Shown in pieces: positions 10,701-21,694 of a stretch of 64,000 nucleotides of DNA. Position numbers and translations under genes: made by a program. Positions within the stretch are counted from its first letter, which is position 1, and each line of letters opens with the position of its first letter. Source of the stretch: a virus (lineage: Duplodnaviria; Caudoviricetes); IMG/VR virus record IMGVR_UViG_3300005077_000001, positions 160,001 through 224,000 of that record. One strand, 5' to 3'. The notes beneath the pieces were generated by a model. The model saw only the letters and a list, made by a program, of their open reading frames with translations, searched no databases and had not been told where the DNA came from.

Positions 10701-13700
10701 TCGGATACTTCTTGGAAAACTCCCTCTAATTTATATTTTTGGGATTATGGAATATGTGATGACCCAGAAATAAATGCTCCAGTTAAAACAATTAAAAGTA
10801 ATGGGGACGTACAAATAGACAATCCGTTGATTAATCTACTAATTGAAGAAACAGATACCCATAATTGGATAATCATTGCAAAAGCTATAAGTCTGGATAC
10901 ATCAGAAGTACCTACTTGGTTAGATTATCTGATTGATAAGCCTAGTAAAGTTGTTAATGCAGATTCTGTTATACTGATGAGGTCAAATACAGATTTATAT
11001 ATGCAATATGCTTATATTAAAAATAAAAAGTATACGGATTATGGAGCATCAGTTGAATGGGATGATGATAGTTGTGAAACTGCTATAACTCCTAATGCCC
11101 GTGGTAATATATACCGTACTTTATTTAAATATAAACCTTGGAATAATGATTTTAAAGTAGATAGTCTAGAGGAAGTTATTTGTGGAGCTAAAACATCCCA
11201 TGCATTATGGCCTTACCATCGTATAGGGTGCAGGGACGTAGAAATTAATTATAGTTGGGCAAACTATGTGTATACATACCAATGTCTTCCTTATCATCTA
11301 TATTGTGTTGGTCCACGTACAATATACGGGCCTATTCAACCTTTTGTTGGTAACCAAATTTCTGGAGATCCAAGAAATGCCAATTTAGTAGGTAAATACT
11401 TGGTTATGTATAACAGCTGCTGTGGAGATCATGATTTTTCTCAATCTTGTCATTCATTTCATGGTTCTTTATACTATCCCTATACAACAGGTTGTGATGT
11501 AATTCCAATGTACGATGTAATAAGTGATTGTTTATGGGATTTCAGTTATGCGCTGCCCTATGAATTAATACAAGAAATTAAAGCTGGAAAAGAACTTGCT
11601 CATGGGTTAGAGCGTTTACGTGGGCCAAGACAATATACCCCTACTTGTACAAGAGATCCAATTGTAGAGACTGGGTTTGCGATAAGCTATCCTTGTGTAG
11701 CTCAAAATATATATTTAAACACAATGCGTAGTGTGAAGCCTAACGCTTTTAACGGATTTGTTAGAACTAGGGGCCCAGTATATCAAGATGAAATGAAATC
11801 TATGTCCCCAGCTGGGAATGTAGGAATGATGCCAGGTTTTGGGAATGTAGGTAGAGAAATAAACGTGGTTTCATTAGATTATATGGTAGAAAAAGTTTTT
11901 ACTGCTAATGAAACTTCAAAGTATAGATATGAGCTTTTTGAATCTCCTCCTACTGAAGGAAAAAGGAGCGTACCGGTTCTGACTCATAAAGCAATTAATC
12001 CTTATTTCTATTATGTTATGTCTGATCCAGTATTTGGAGAAACTTTTAATCCAGATTCTACAACTAGTTTTACTACTAAGGCTGACAAGTTATTAAAAGA
12101 AGGGTATGAAAAAACTATAGCTTATAATAACCCAGATCTCTTTATTGACGATGTAGTTCATTGGGCATGGCCTGAAAATGAACGAGATAAGCTTAGAAGA
12201 GGAGTTAATCACGCAATAAAATATGAGGGGAATACCACTTCTAAGCCCGGTCTACAAATTAATTCTATTATGGATGTATCTATACCTCCTTATATAACTA
12301 ATAACTATAATGGAGATATATCTTTAGGTCCTACTATAAGTAAAGATGACACCAAAACTTATTGTCATTACTTACTGTATGCTAAATCTGAATATTATGA
12401 CCCCAAAACAAATACTTATCATAAGCCAATAATTGGTTCAAAAGAACTAGGAGTGTCTCCTAATATTTCTCAGTTAGATGAAAAAAGTATTGATATAGAT
12501 TTAAAATATGAAGTATTAGATACAGGAGAATTGGATAATTCAGAAATTGAAGGCAGCCAGCATCTAAATAATACTCTATCAAATGCGGCTAACTTTATTA
12601 CTAGTAAAGAGCAAAGTTATGTTTATACTAGTGATACTGTTCCAATTTTAACAATTAATGGATCTGAATTAGCTACTAAAAAACCGACTGTTACAAAAAA
12701 AACTAATAGAAATTATTTAATTGAATATGAATTAACAAATATAAATTTAGGAAAAGATATCTTAAGATCTATTAATTTAACATTTAATAGTAAAGTTTTA
12801 ATGTGGTCTTCTAATGATACAGGAACAGTTGCTTTAAAAGTTACTACAAAAAGTCATAGTGGAGGAGATGAGATTACAAAAAATGTCGGGTTTGTAACTA
12901 ATGCGGAAGGTATTTCAGTATTATTAAATTATAAAGATATATTTACAGAAGGGAAGGCAGATATAAAACTTTCTTTTGATGTAAAAGAATGGTATGGTAT
13001 ATACAGTAGAACTGATACTGCCTCTTTCTCTTATAGCCCAGAAACTCCTTCTAGTGGGTATGCAACCAACACTACTCAATCATTTTATGATTCTCAAGCA
13101 CCAACTATAGAGTCTTCCTTTTGGACTAAGGGAGATATGGAAGACGCGATTTCAGAGATAAAAATATATGCTTATAAAAAAGAAGGTTTTTATCCTGGTT
13201 TAAATATCAGGAATGTAAACTCAAACCATCTAGCTAAATATCCAGTATCTACTCCTGTTAGTAGTAATAAATTAAATACATCTTTTAAAATACAACAAGG
13301 TTATAAGTTAATTTCATTAGAAAGTACTAATGCAGAATTGAATATACATGGGTCTGTTTATAAGGTGGATTATGAATTGAAATCTGATTTTATAAAAAAT
13401 GAAAAAATGTCAATGATTGTAGATTTTACTGGGGCTACAGTTAAGGATTTAGTCACTACTAGCGTGGTAAATATTTCTTCTGATTCTACCGAACTAGTTA
13501 CTAAAACGGTAAAAATAGATTTTCCACTAGATACTACTTCTTTATCTTATATACTAGATTTTGATATGATAGTTGATATTAACTATAAGACAAAAATAAA
13601 TTGTATTATAGAATCAGCAACTCAAGGTTTTTCTCCCACAACGGATATACTTAAAACAAATGATAAAATAATAAAATTTAAAGACTTAAATAAATTGAAG

Positions 13701-14957
13701 TTAAGTGATGTTGTAACATCAATGAAGTTTACTATACTTAAACCTGGAGAAGAAGGAGAAGTAATTCGTGTTGATAAAACAGGCTTTTGGTATTCATTAG
13801 GAAATAAATGTAAAAGAGGAAATAATGAATTTAATTTTTATTCTGAAAGTAAGAATGAAGATTACCAAATTAAATGGGCTACCAGTATGATAGGAAATTC
13901 TTCTTATGGTAGTAATATTAACATGCCTATTATGATTGATTCTTCTACTGATGTATCTACTGGGTTATTGGTTGAAGGACTTAGCCCAGGTACTGAAATT
14001 GGTTCTATCTATCCTAAAGAATTTGCTCCACCTTATCCTAAAGGTGAACTGATATTAAAAGGTAATTCTTATATCTTTGATGTACAATATAAAGATGGAT
14101 GGGATGTTACGAAGGAAAAAGCAGAGAATAATGAGTACACTTTTAATGTTATCGGAGGAGATGCTAAAGATGTTACTGGCAAATATGAATTATATCAAAA
14201 AGAATTATGGGAAAAAGCAAATAAATTAAGAGAAGAAACCCAAACACAATTTCTAATAGAGGCTTTAATTCCAATGCAAGACTGGTATCCTATATGGGTA
14301 TTAACTGGTGGAAAGTACATAGAAGAACGAAGTATTGATTTAGACCAGATTGCTTTTAGAACCAATAAACGTAAGCCTTTGTATTATGACCAATTAAAAG
14401 AATATAGAGAAACTAATTGTGAATTTAATTGGTATAGGTGGAAATGGGAAGAAGTTTTGGATTGGTCATTTAATAGTGAAGAACGTAGAAGATATGGTCC
14501 AAAACCAGACGGGGCTGTGGGTGAATATGCAGGAGGTAAACCAGAGTGGAGTCCTCCTGGGCATGCTATAGGGTATACCCCCTCGTCTCCTATCACAATA
14601 AATTATTTTGGTGTTTCGGAAACTATTGAATGGACAGTTCTATATTTTAGTCTTCATAAAACAATGTCTGCTTGGAATGACTTATTTCAGGTTCCTTGGG
14701 CATATGACCAGATGTCTCAAGAATTTAAAGAAGCAATGGAAGGCTATGGGGACTTATCAGAGGCTAACGCTTTAAACGCAAGATACCAGGAATACTTAAA
14801 TAAAGAATATTTTTGGATGTTTAGAAACAGAGACTATATCATTAGGGGGCATGGTTCGCCAAATAATTATTATAATGTTTGGATGTCTAGAACGTCTATG
14901 GAAATGACTGGAGTTCCATTTATGTCATTCGCCAGATTAGATGAAGTATTATTTTAA
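7734..14957 (+). CDS. Giant (2407 aa) probable virion/tail-associated protein with Cys-rich segments
   Basis: Uninterrupted 7.2-kb ORF; Cys clusters (CMCNCYCP, CPENCAHP, GCVCNGG); located among structural-type genes. Confidence 0.55.
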   Translation: MPSHLKFRIKHPTETTHCNLNDYPPDLKKSLEDNKVISPNDYNITNSTCAFLMKFGFEGTVPTDKVFYGDSAGSQAKSIYLCGIRFSTKNVLLKPSETNNPIVEEDKYFVSGAKKVEDSDELTNIKNYSYYKDIFICKYIDKWTAKSEIGPNNLVKACMCNCYCPRGGLGAGFNTQNYDGALKDIGAFNMDSNNVLYDQLKDGDARLVRRAYSGPILKNLPKDKKLLNEPRTLSYLYMMLNARASVMSCCYWNNSQVLIYQPNWFRTIDLAYAKLNARVNDKITKQMVGTDLIENYTYITSDYYPQTDEDYEVKNRLLNRNYDFTLPNTPTGNNARILISLKEEITGGLVKNDNKSEHCAKYNNWHYHNEGFFCPENCAHPNYEVRYKWGCVCNGGGAFSLDDQIACPYYHSPIAGDKDAELNSALTKLYPGDYVSAAAILELMWLSKGGFPWTQKEWEARWKIPYIWVTLPYSPIDINEWGQRKPTTQSIYTEDGIPKDVFYYNDANQRYKQAMYVPRIISKKVSVDYQTGVIKRSAAYALPGGSLTAFKVSNDGAVVDDAKKPDFPTFINSLVLDSLSSVSIYFPRTDFTIGLVTPDDIEGMKAYVNLRQKAHNVPYNKLIWSENGAYTLVLGTARGRFEKVYCLNTAFLLGDWLTTSKLDLILTGSTSYLTRENQDVIRKLFDDLIKNDLNTDRMCLGRTDAFKVYEMSDTDSTFIFRDVPLNLLVDKNIILILAQDQYAKWIVDWVYVRPQFRHAWTYQKETTLLSDWKNWNGRPRYVTNNDKVQVGKATDNDKKYLKIPEKSGITKWQYFDISVPNLTDYADDSPEAKAKQSTNSPYSYGDLEPYMTYQPIYANQATIYDSREDSSLQSTLGAKLGGIGVTVASGNENGAILPSDLESYLQNVKPGNGGEVGNTTWYSLSACSPYVVIVADPTIFSIQNEPMVFSMTASIKDEKGNVTSNVPLIPVAYTQVNRKLPAYAEKKSNSDTSWKTPSNLYFWDYGICDDPEINAPVKTIKSNGDVQIDNPLINLLIEETDTHNWIIIAKAISLDTSEVPTWLDYLIDKPSKVVNADSVILMRSNTDLYMQYAYIKNKKYTDYGASVEWDDDSCETAITPNARGNIYRTLFKYKPWNNDFKVDSLEEVICGAKTSHALWPYHRIGCRDVEINYSWANYVYTYQCLPYHLYCVGPRTIYGPIQPFVGNQISGDPRNANLVGKYLVMYNSCCGDHDFSQSCHSFHGSLYYPYTTGCDVIPMYDVISDCLWDFSYALPYELIQEIKAGKELAHGLERLRGPRQYTPTCTRDPIVETGFAISYPCVAQNIYLNTMRSVKPNAFNGFVRTRGPVYQDEMKSMSPAGNVGMMPGFGNVGREINVVSLDYMVEKVFTANETSKYRYELFESPPTEGKRSVPVLTHKAINPYFYYVMSDPVFGETFNPDSTTSFTTKADKLLKEGYEKTIAYNNPDLFIDDVVHWAWPENERDKLRRGVNHAIKYEGNTTSKPGLQINSIMDVSIPPYITNNYNGDISLGPTISKDDTKTYCHYLLYAKSEYYDPKTNTYHKPIIGSKELGVSPNISQLDEKSIDIDLKYEVLDTGELDNSEIEGSQHLNNTLSNAANFITSKEQSYVYTSDTVPILTINGSELATKKPTVTKKTNRNYLIEYELTNINLGKDILRSINLTFNSKVLMWSSNDTGTVALKVTTKSHSGGDEITKNVGFVTNAEGISVLLNYKDIFTEGKADIKLSFDVKEWYGIYSRTDTASFSYSPETPSSGYATNTTQSFYDSQAPTIESSFWTKGDMEDAISEIKIYAYKKEGFYPGLNIRNVNSNHLAKYPVSTPVSSNKLNTSFKIQQGYKLISLESTNAELNIHGSVYKVDYELKSDFIKNEKMSMIVDFTGATVKDLVTTSVVNISSDSTELVTKTVKIDFPLDTTSLSYILDFDMIVDINYKTKINCIIESATQGFSPTTDILKTNDKIIKFKDLNKLKLSDVVTSMKFTILKPGEEGEVIRVDKTGFWYSLGNKCKRGNNEFNFYSESKNEDYQIKWATSMIGNSSYGSNINMPIMIDSSTDVSTGLLVEGLSPGTEIGSIYPKEFAPPYPKGELILKGNSYIFDVQYKDGWDVTKEKAENNEYTFNVIGGDAKDVTGKYELYQKELWEKANKLREETQTQFLIEALIPMQDWYPIWVLTGGKYIEERSIDLDQIAFRTNKRKPLYYDQLKEYRETNCEFNWYRWKWEEVLDWSFNSEERRRYGPKPDGAVGEYAGGKPEWSPPGHAIGYTPSSPITINYFGVSETIEWTVLYFSLHKTMSAWNDLFQVPWAYDQMSQEFKEAMEGYGDLSEANALNARYQEYLNKEYFWMFRNRDYIIRGHGSPNNYYNVWMSRTSMEMTGVPFMSFARLDEVLF

Positions 14958-14965
14958 GGTGCTAA

Positions 14966-17900
14966 ATGTCTGATAAATCATCATATAATCTACTAAACGA
15001 ATATAAATACATTAGAAATAAAAATCTATGTCTGTACGATTCTAATTATGGCTACATTGCTAGATTTAATAATACGGATTTAGATGGTTGGGATACTTTC
15101 ATAAATATAGAAGGAGCTGGTAATGTGGGAAGCTTCTTTTTTGGTATATCTTCTGGGCAGAACCCCTACATGAGTAGGCAGTATTCCATACCGACTCCCT
15201 TTGAAGCAGAGTTTTTTTGGCAACTAGAAATAGACATGATGCTAGAACCTGATTGGGAGGTTTTGAATAAAGCTGGAATAACGGAAATAAACGATTTAAA
15301 AGCGCGCTTGGAATGGAAAACGCAAAGTGATTCTGATTGGAATGAAGATAGCTACATAGAATTTAATGTTAGCGCAGACAAGGTTTGGCATCGATATGTG
15401 GATACTACAGTGAGGCAAAAGCCCACATGGATTAGTAATATTGTTAATTTTAAATTTTATCCTATCATTGGAAATTATCCTGGTATTAGAATATTCATAA
15501 AAAAGATAGCTTTCATTTCTCCTAATTATTATAAATGCAGACAACCAGCATGTTCTTATTATAATAGTTATTCACATCCATGTAAAGGGACTGGTGAAGC
15601 TGGGTATGCCGTCAGTAATATACCAAAGACAAGTTTTGAGTTAGATGACTCCAGTAAACAATTAGGCGTTTCAATAGATGGGCATGATATAGTTTATATT
15701 AATTTAGATTTATCTAATTCACTTAATGGGTATTCAATTGCCGCTGATATCTCAAGAAAGCTATCTTCCTTTATTGAAGCAGGATACTTATTAGCAGAGT
15801 GTATGTTTGATGATAGCACTAATACATTTACTATAAAATCTGGTTCACGTGGAGCAGATACCTGCGTGTATGTATTTCCTGGGTTAGTGAACGATTGTTC
15901 TTCTAAACTTGGTTTTTATTCTGAAACAAAAATAGCAGAATATAGGTCTTATAAAGGAGAAGATTCAGCTACTCTATTTAGAGAAAAGTACAGAAGGCTT
16001 CCTGCAACTACTTTGTATAGCCTATTGGATTCTGAAATTCCAGTAATTTCTTATAGAGCTGGTTCTCCTGCTGTTGAGATAGGTAAACGAGAATCTTTAG
16101 TTATTTCTAATAGTGTACAATATTTTGAAGGATTAGGTAAAGGAACTCTTTTGATTGATTATCTAGGAAAGGCTAATTACTACGGTAATTTATCCTATGT
16201 ATTTTTCAGTGGAGGTATTATAGAAGAAGAAAGTAGGTTTTTATTATTACGACCTGTGGGGAGTAATTATACTGTAATAGGAGAAGGTGTGTCTTCTGTT
16301 ACTACTTCCGTGGATGCGACACAAGTAAAATCCTTAACAGTGGATAAGTTTGCGGCTAAAGTTGATTGGTATGTTAGACCAGGAGATGTTATTGGGTTAT
16401 GGAGATGTGCTCCTGCTGTTGGAAAATCTACTTTAGGAGGCACTAAAGCTTTTTATGAAGAAGAATATAGGTCGTCTTGGATAGAAATATACTTGACACA
16501 AAAACCAGAAATAGGAGATTCTTTAGCTTATACTACTAACGACTTTAAATTATATGGAGGGGACTCTCTACCTGTATATTCACAATCATCTGAAACAATT
16601 AATGATATTGGGGTTGAAATAGAATTAAAATCAGAGTTTGGAATTGAATCTATAATTGTAACCGGGGTTGAAGAATATAGTGTTATAAATTATAATATGG
16701 CATTAATGAAAGGAACTGAAATTAATGCGTATAGTGGGGCTAACTACTCTATCTGGGTAGATGCTCCCCGCCAGAATTTTTCTAAAGCTAGGCAAGTAAG
16801 TAGAATAGCCACTCCTAGGAATACTTACGCTCTCAATGATAACATTACTGTAGCTTTAGGTGGCTCTTCTACCTATAATCAGACTGAGACGGACGGAACT
16901 GGTACTTACTTCTATGTAGATAGTGATTTAGAATGGTACCCACCGGTTGCTGATTATTTAGGAAAAAGCTACTCTGATACAGATATAGATATGCCAGACA
17001 GATTTGATGGTAGAGGTGTAGATTGGGGAGAACGTAGAGCATATACTGCTTTTGATGATGGGGTTTTTTCGGATGATTGGTGGATAGATGGAGAACAAAG
17101 AGAGCGAATTCCTTTTTGGATTGAAATTTGGTTTTCTAAAACACCTAATATAAAATTTGATATTGGGCAAATCATTTCCTATTTTGTGGAAGAGTATAAT
17201 CTCATTGATTTTTGTTTAGAGTATTATATAGAGCCAGAAGAATGGGATAATCATAATTGGTCTTCATTTTATGCATGGCCAATTAAGATGATAGGAGAAG
17301 GGACTTCTGTCGGATGGAAACTATTTGAAGACCCCGTATTAGTATTACTAGATGGTAAGTATGATGTAACCTCATCTAAATATTTTACTAAGTCCTATGT
17401 TACAAGTTGGATGAGTGATAATTGGCCAGGGCTAGATTATGATTATAGAGTTGCTAGAAAAGAAGAGTCATATGGGTTATTCTGGACTTCTTTGTCTCAG
17501 ACATTTAATCCTGTTAAAACACGAGCAATAAGGCTGTACTCATGGAGACATTACAGCACAAAAATCACAGAAATAAGAGTTATGTCTAGTTTAATTGACT
17601 TAAATGCTATTACTAATTCTGTAAGTATACGGGTTGGGAATAGCACTCCGGTTTTTAATAGTAACACTTATGAATTAACTACAGTTTCTGGGGAACAATA
17701 CTCTTCTTCTAGATTAACTTTTGTCGAAAACATGGAGGATTGGAGTTATCCTTCTTTATCAAATTCAACTATAACATCAGGAGTAGCTATTGCTCCAGTT
17801 GGTAGAACAATAAGCAAATTTGATATAGAGATTAGTGATGTGGATATTGATATATGTAGCTTATGGGTTAATGGGCAAGAACGTAATATTAGAATAGAAA

Positions 17901-20900
17901 ATAATTTAAATCAACCTACAAATGAAATTGATAATTTATCAAGTCAATTATCTTTAGATACATCAGAACTTATAAATCCAACAAAAGAATATACTCTGTT
18001 TAATGACAACGGGATAATTGCTGATTTACATCTTGATTTAGCTACTAAATCTAGTAATTCAAGTTTATTATATAGTAGTAGTTTGAGTAATGCTGCTGCT
18101 ATCACTAATCCTACCACGGGCCCAGCAGGTTCAGTTATTAAAGACTCCGACTTTGAATTTACTAATATGAACTCTGCTATTCATAATTCTAAAGTATACT
18201 ATTTAAACTGGAAGGATAATTCTAAGTTTGATTGGTATAAAAAGACAACCAATCAATGGATTAAATCTAAAGTAGGTAATCCATTTTCTATGTATACTAA
18301 TTGGAATGAACTAGAAAACTCCAATAGACCAAATTGGTATTTCTATAATATTTGTTATGCCAATAGATGTAGCATTAATTATGATTCTGCTATGAATCTA
18401 TATTTTAATATCCCTAATGTAACAGATTTTGATAAATGGAATTTTCCTACTTACTATACTTCAACAACATTAAAAAGTAACTGCACTTTACGTATGAGAC
18501 TGGATGATGCATTGGAATATATTCCAGACAGTATAGTTGGATGTGGATTAGTTATTTTTGATAATAATAACAAATCAAATTATATTACAATTTCTCGTAA
18601 TTCTCGTGATGATTTTATTTTTCCAGCTACGGATTGGGTAATAACAAATAATAGTTATACTGCTTATACTGAAGATTGGGTGTATTTATATTTAATAAAA
18701 GACAGTCAGAATATTACACTAGGTTATAGAAATAGATGGGATTCTCTAGTTATATTAGAAAAAACATCTATAACTGGATGGAGTGATGATTTAAGAATTG
18801 GAATATACGCAAGTCTAGTATCTGATTCCTCTGCTAGTACTGAGGTTGCTATTCCTTGGATGGATTTTGAATCTGCTGCTAATTATATTGTAGATAACTT
18901 TGTTGAATACTCTTATAACCCAATGGTAAGCGGTGTTACTTATGGAGATTGGAATTTAAATTATCCTTATGAATCCTTAAATTTCTATTCTACTCATTAT
19001 GATAACTTATATGTTAAGATAAAAGAATATACTAATTTTATTACAGGTTCTGGAACCTCTTTTTCTGTTTCTATAGGAGATAAAGATTCACAATTCAAAT
19101 TTTCATCTGTTATATCAGATATAAATTTTGTTTCCACTAGTGGTCAAGATTTCATAGGAATAAATTTAACTTTATCGGGGTATAAATCTTATTTGGAAAT
19201 TCTTCCTTCTGGTGTTGTAAAGCATACAACTCAAGGAACTACTGAACAAGTAACTTTTACTTCTAATAATTTATGGATAGATTTAGAATTAAATAATGAT
19301 AATACAATTACTTCTTACTACTCAGAGGATGGTGTAACTTATGAAGTATTGGCAGAGCATTCAATATCTAGTTGGCCAAACGGTAATCTAACTTTTTCTA
19401 TAGGCGGTGGCGCTGGTGATATTCCTTCTTCTGCTACTATGAGTGGTATGTATATTGAAATTGAGAAGCCTACATCCATTGGTTATTCTTTAGATACTCA
19501 TACAGAAATAGCCGTTAGATTTGATAGCTTAATCCCAATATTAGATATTTTTGGTAGAGGATTTTTTGATATTACTGGATGGTCTCATCAGGATACTGAA
19601 GAGGTGAATTCTGTGAGCTGGAGTTCTAGTAGGTTTGACTATGTTCAGTGGATAAAACTATGTCAAGCATCTCAAGGTTCTGATTCTTATGTTGCAGAGA
19701 CTAATTTACTAGAGACTTTAAAAGTTATAAGTGACCCTTATAAGGATTTTATAGATGGTAATCCAATTGATATAAGAGAAGTTAGTGATTATAAATCTAG
19801 AATTTATAGCTATTGTAAAGGTCTTAATTCTGAGTATACTCCTTACTACGACACAGATTACCCTGTAATAATTATAGATTTTGGACAAACTCTTTGTTTA
19901 AGTAGAGCCAAATTTACTAACTCTAATTTATATGGTAGGTTTTCTAATACTGAGACTAGTAATCCCTCTTTAGTTGAATGGGAATCTTCTTCTTATCCTA
20001 ATTCTGGTTTCAACAGAAAGTGTGTTTATAGTAATGACTATAATTGTAATGCCCCGTTTACTTGGGGCAAACCTAGATTTGAGTACGGTAGATATCCAAC
20101 ATACGGTTATAAATCTAATGCTATACTTCCTACTTTACCTGATATGTACTATGCTTTTATTTACGGATGCAATGGGTTAACTTTTTCAGTTGGAGATTCA
20201 ACTATTATTACCTACCAAATGTGCCCTGTATTTTATTTAGGAAATTATAGATGGATGTTGCAATACTCTACTAATGCTATATATAAATTTAATTCTTCTG
20301 ACGGACTTGCTTGGCAGATAGACCCAATTCAGTTGCATCCTTCTGCTCCAATTAAGTTAGTTGATAGAGTTGAATGGTGGGATACTAGTTCGGGAGCTTT
20401 ATCCATAGAAAATGGTTCTTTGTGCTATAGGTATGATACCGTTAATCAGGATGCTTCCTTTTCCATAAATAGAGACGGGTGCGATTATTTCAGATTTTCT
20501 TTAGACGATAAATGGACCGTGGAAGATTCTTTCCAGTTCGATTTAAAGCTTAGTAATCCTGAGGTAGTAGATTATATAGGTGTCGCTATAGGGAAGAGCC
20601 CTAAAGTATGTTGGTATTTTGAATTTGATTCATTTTATAACGGTTGGAATACATATGCCATGAAATATTCTGAAGCGGATATTCTATATGATAGTTCTAG
20701 TAATGAAACTTATGATGACCCTACAGAAGTATTTTTTACTTCTGGAGAGAAGGAATATTATAACGCTATTTCTTTACCTAAGATTCCAATGATGTTCTTG
20801 AATTTTGGTTATATAGAAATATTTGTTCGAGCATCAGAAAAAATAGATTTACAAATTAAAAATTTAAAAAATATAAGAACAACTCATGAAAATTCACAAT

Positions 20901-21694
20901 TGTTTTTAGGTAATAATTCTTTTTTACAAGTGAATAGTTTGCCCTTATCTACAACTGCTGGTACTGTAGAATTTGATTTTTTACCTTCTCATTTTTATTT
21001 AAGTCAAATGAGTGACCCACGCCAATTTGATTTTTCTATTTTATCTATAATTTCTAATTTAGGACGTAATACTTACTTATACTACAAGTCAGGGTTTGGA
21101 TGGAATATTATTCTGACTACTTCCGTGTTAACTGAATCTTTTGGGTCTACTAATTATTTAGTAATGTCTACTGACGAAAGTATAACTAAAACTACTATTT
21201 CTCCTAATAACCCTGACCCAATGCATATAGTATTAAGTTGGGATTCTAATGGGTTATCTGGATTAAATTATAATATAGCTTTATGGGTAAATGGGCATCT
21301 TGTTATAGGTTATGATAGTGGTTTACTTAATCAAGAGGTTTCTTTTTCTTCAGGTATTGTACTTGGCGGTAGTGTACCCCTTTCTTTAAGACAAGATGGT
21401 CTACCAATAAAATCATACGGATTTTTTTCTAACATCAAAGTATATAGCTTTTCTACTAACAATGGTATAATCTCTACTAGCAATTCTGTTATTCCTGAAA
21501 AGTATATAGACTTATCTAAAGATGGTGTCAGCTGGAAAGGAATAAGTAGTGGAGAATTACCTTTAATATATGAGGATATCCCTGATGGAGGGAGTGCTAA
21601 ATTTTATATTAGAAACAGAATGCCGAATAAAGTTACAATGAAAACTTTAGATAGGCTTACTTCTTATATTATTGCTGAATGGGTAATTAGGTAA
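14966..21694 (+). CDS. Giant (2242 aa) probable virion/baseplate/receptor-binding protein with ConA/LamG- and discoidin-like segments
   Basis: C-terminal LamG-like pattern (AGTVEFDF...HIVLSWD...ALWVNG...GIVLGG...FSNIKVY). Internal ConA-like segments (ITSYYSEDGVTYEVL). F5/8-like PVKTRAIRLY...ITEIRV. Confidence 0.55.
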   Translation: MSDKSSYNLLNEYKYIRNKNLCLYDSNYGYIARFNNTDLDGWDTFINIEGAGNVGSFFFGISSGQNPYMSRQYSIPTPFEAEFFWQLEIDMMLEPDWEVLNKAGITEINDLKARLEWKTQSDSDWNEDSYIEFNVSADKVWHRYVDTTVRQKPTWISNIVNFKFYPIIGNYPGIRIFIKKIAFISPNYYKCRQPACSYYNSYSHPCKGTGEAGYAVSNIPKTSFELDDSSKQLGVSIDGHDIVYINLDLSNSLNGYSIAADISRKLSSFIEAGYLLAECMFDDSTNTFTIKSGSRGADTCVYVFPGLVNDCSSKLGFYSETKIAEYRSYKGEDSATLFREKYRRLPATTLYSLLDSEIPVISYRAGSPAVEIGKRESLVISNSVQYFEGLGKGTLLIDYLGKANYYGNLSYVFFSGGIIEEESRFLLLRPVGSNYTVIGEGVSSVTTSVDATQVKSLTVDKFAAKVDWYVRPGDVIGLWRCAPAVGKSTLGGTKAFYEEEYRSSWIEIYLTQKPEIGDSLAYTTNDFKLYGGDSLPVYSQSSETINDIGVEIELKSEFGIESIIVTGVEEYSVINYNMALMKGTEINAYSGANYSIWVDAPRQNFSKARQVSRIATPRNTYALNDNITVALGGSSTYNQTETDGTGTYFYVDSDLEWYPPVADYLGKSYSDTDIDMPDRFDGRGVDWGERRAYTAFDDGVFSDDWWIDGEQRERIPFWIEIWFSKTPNIKFDIGQIISYFVEEYNLIDFCLEYYIEPEEWDNHNWSSFYAWPIKMIGEGTSVGWKLFEDPVLVLLDGKYDVTSSKYFTKSYVTSWMSDNWPGLDYDYRVARKEESYGLFWTSLSQTFNPVKTRAIRLYSWRHYSTKITEIRVMSSLIDLNAITNSVSIRVGNSTPVFNSNTYELTTVSGEQYSSSRLTFVENMEDWSYPSLSNSTITSGVAIAPVGRTISKFDIEISDVDIDICSLWVNGQERNIRIENNLNQPTNEIDNLSSQLSLDTSELINPTKEYTLFNDNGIIADLHLDLATKSSNSSLLYSSSLSNAAAITNPTTGPAGSVIKDSDFEFTNMNSAIHNSKVYYLNWKDNSKFDWYKKTTNQWIKSKVGNPFSMYTNWNELENSNRPNWYFYNICYANRCSINYDSAMNLYFNIPNVTDFDKWNFPTYYTSTTLKSNCTLRMRLDDALEYIPDSIVGCGLVIFDNNNKSNYITISRNSRDDFIFPATDWVITNNSYTAYTEDWVYLYLIKDSQNITLGYRNRWDSLVILEKTSITGWSDDLRIGIYASLVSDSSASTEVAIPWMDFESAANYIVDNFVEYSYNPMVSGVTYGDWNLNYPYESLNFYSTHYDNLYVKIKEYTNFITGSGTSFSVSIGDKDSQFKFSSVISDINFVSTSGQDFIGINLTLSGYKSYLEILPSGVVKHTTQGTTEQVTFTSNNLWIDLELNNDNTITSYYSEDGVTYEVLAEHSISSWPNGNLTFSIGGGAGDIPSSATMSGMYIEIEKPTSIGYSLDTHTEIAVRFDSLIPILDIFGRGFFDITGWSHQDTEEVNSVSWSSSRFDYVQWIKLCQASQGSDSYVAETNLLETLKVISDPYKDFIDGNPIDIREVSDYKSRIYSYCKGLNSEYTPYYDTDYPVIIIDFGQTLCLSRAKFTNSNLYGRFSNTETSNPSLVEWESSSYPNSGFNRKCVYSNDYNCNAPFTWGKPRFEYGRYPTYGYKSNAILPTLPDMYYAFIYGCNGLTFSVGDSTIITYQMCPVFYLGNYRWMLQYSTNAIYKFNSSDGLAWQIDPIQLHPSAPIKLVDRVEWWDTSSGALSIENGSLCYRYDTVNQDASFSINRDGCDYFRFSLDDKWTVEDSFQFDLKLSNPEVVDYIGVAIGKSPKVCWYFEFDSFYNGWNTYAMKYSEADILYDSSSNETYDDPTEVFFTSGEKEYYNAISLPKIPMMFLNFGYIEIFVRASEKIDLQIKNLKNIRTTHENSQLFLGNNSFLQVNSLPLSTTAGTVEFDFLPSHFYLSQMSDPRQFDFSILSIISNLGRNTYLYYKSGFGWNIILTTSVLTESFGSTNYLVMSTDESITKTTISPNNPDPMHIVLSWDSNGLSGLNYNIALWVNGHLVIGYDSGLLNQEVSFSSGIVLGGSVPLSLRQDGLPIKSYGFFSNIKVYSFSTNNGIISTSNSVIPEKYIDLSKDGVSWKGISSGELPLIYEDIPDGGSAKFYIRNRMPNKVTMKTLDRLTSYIIAEWVIR

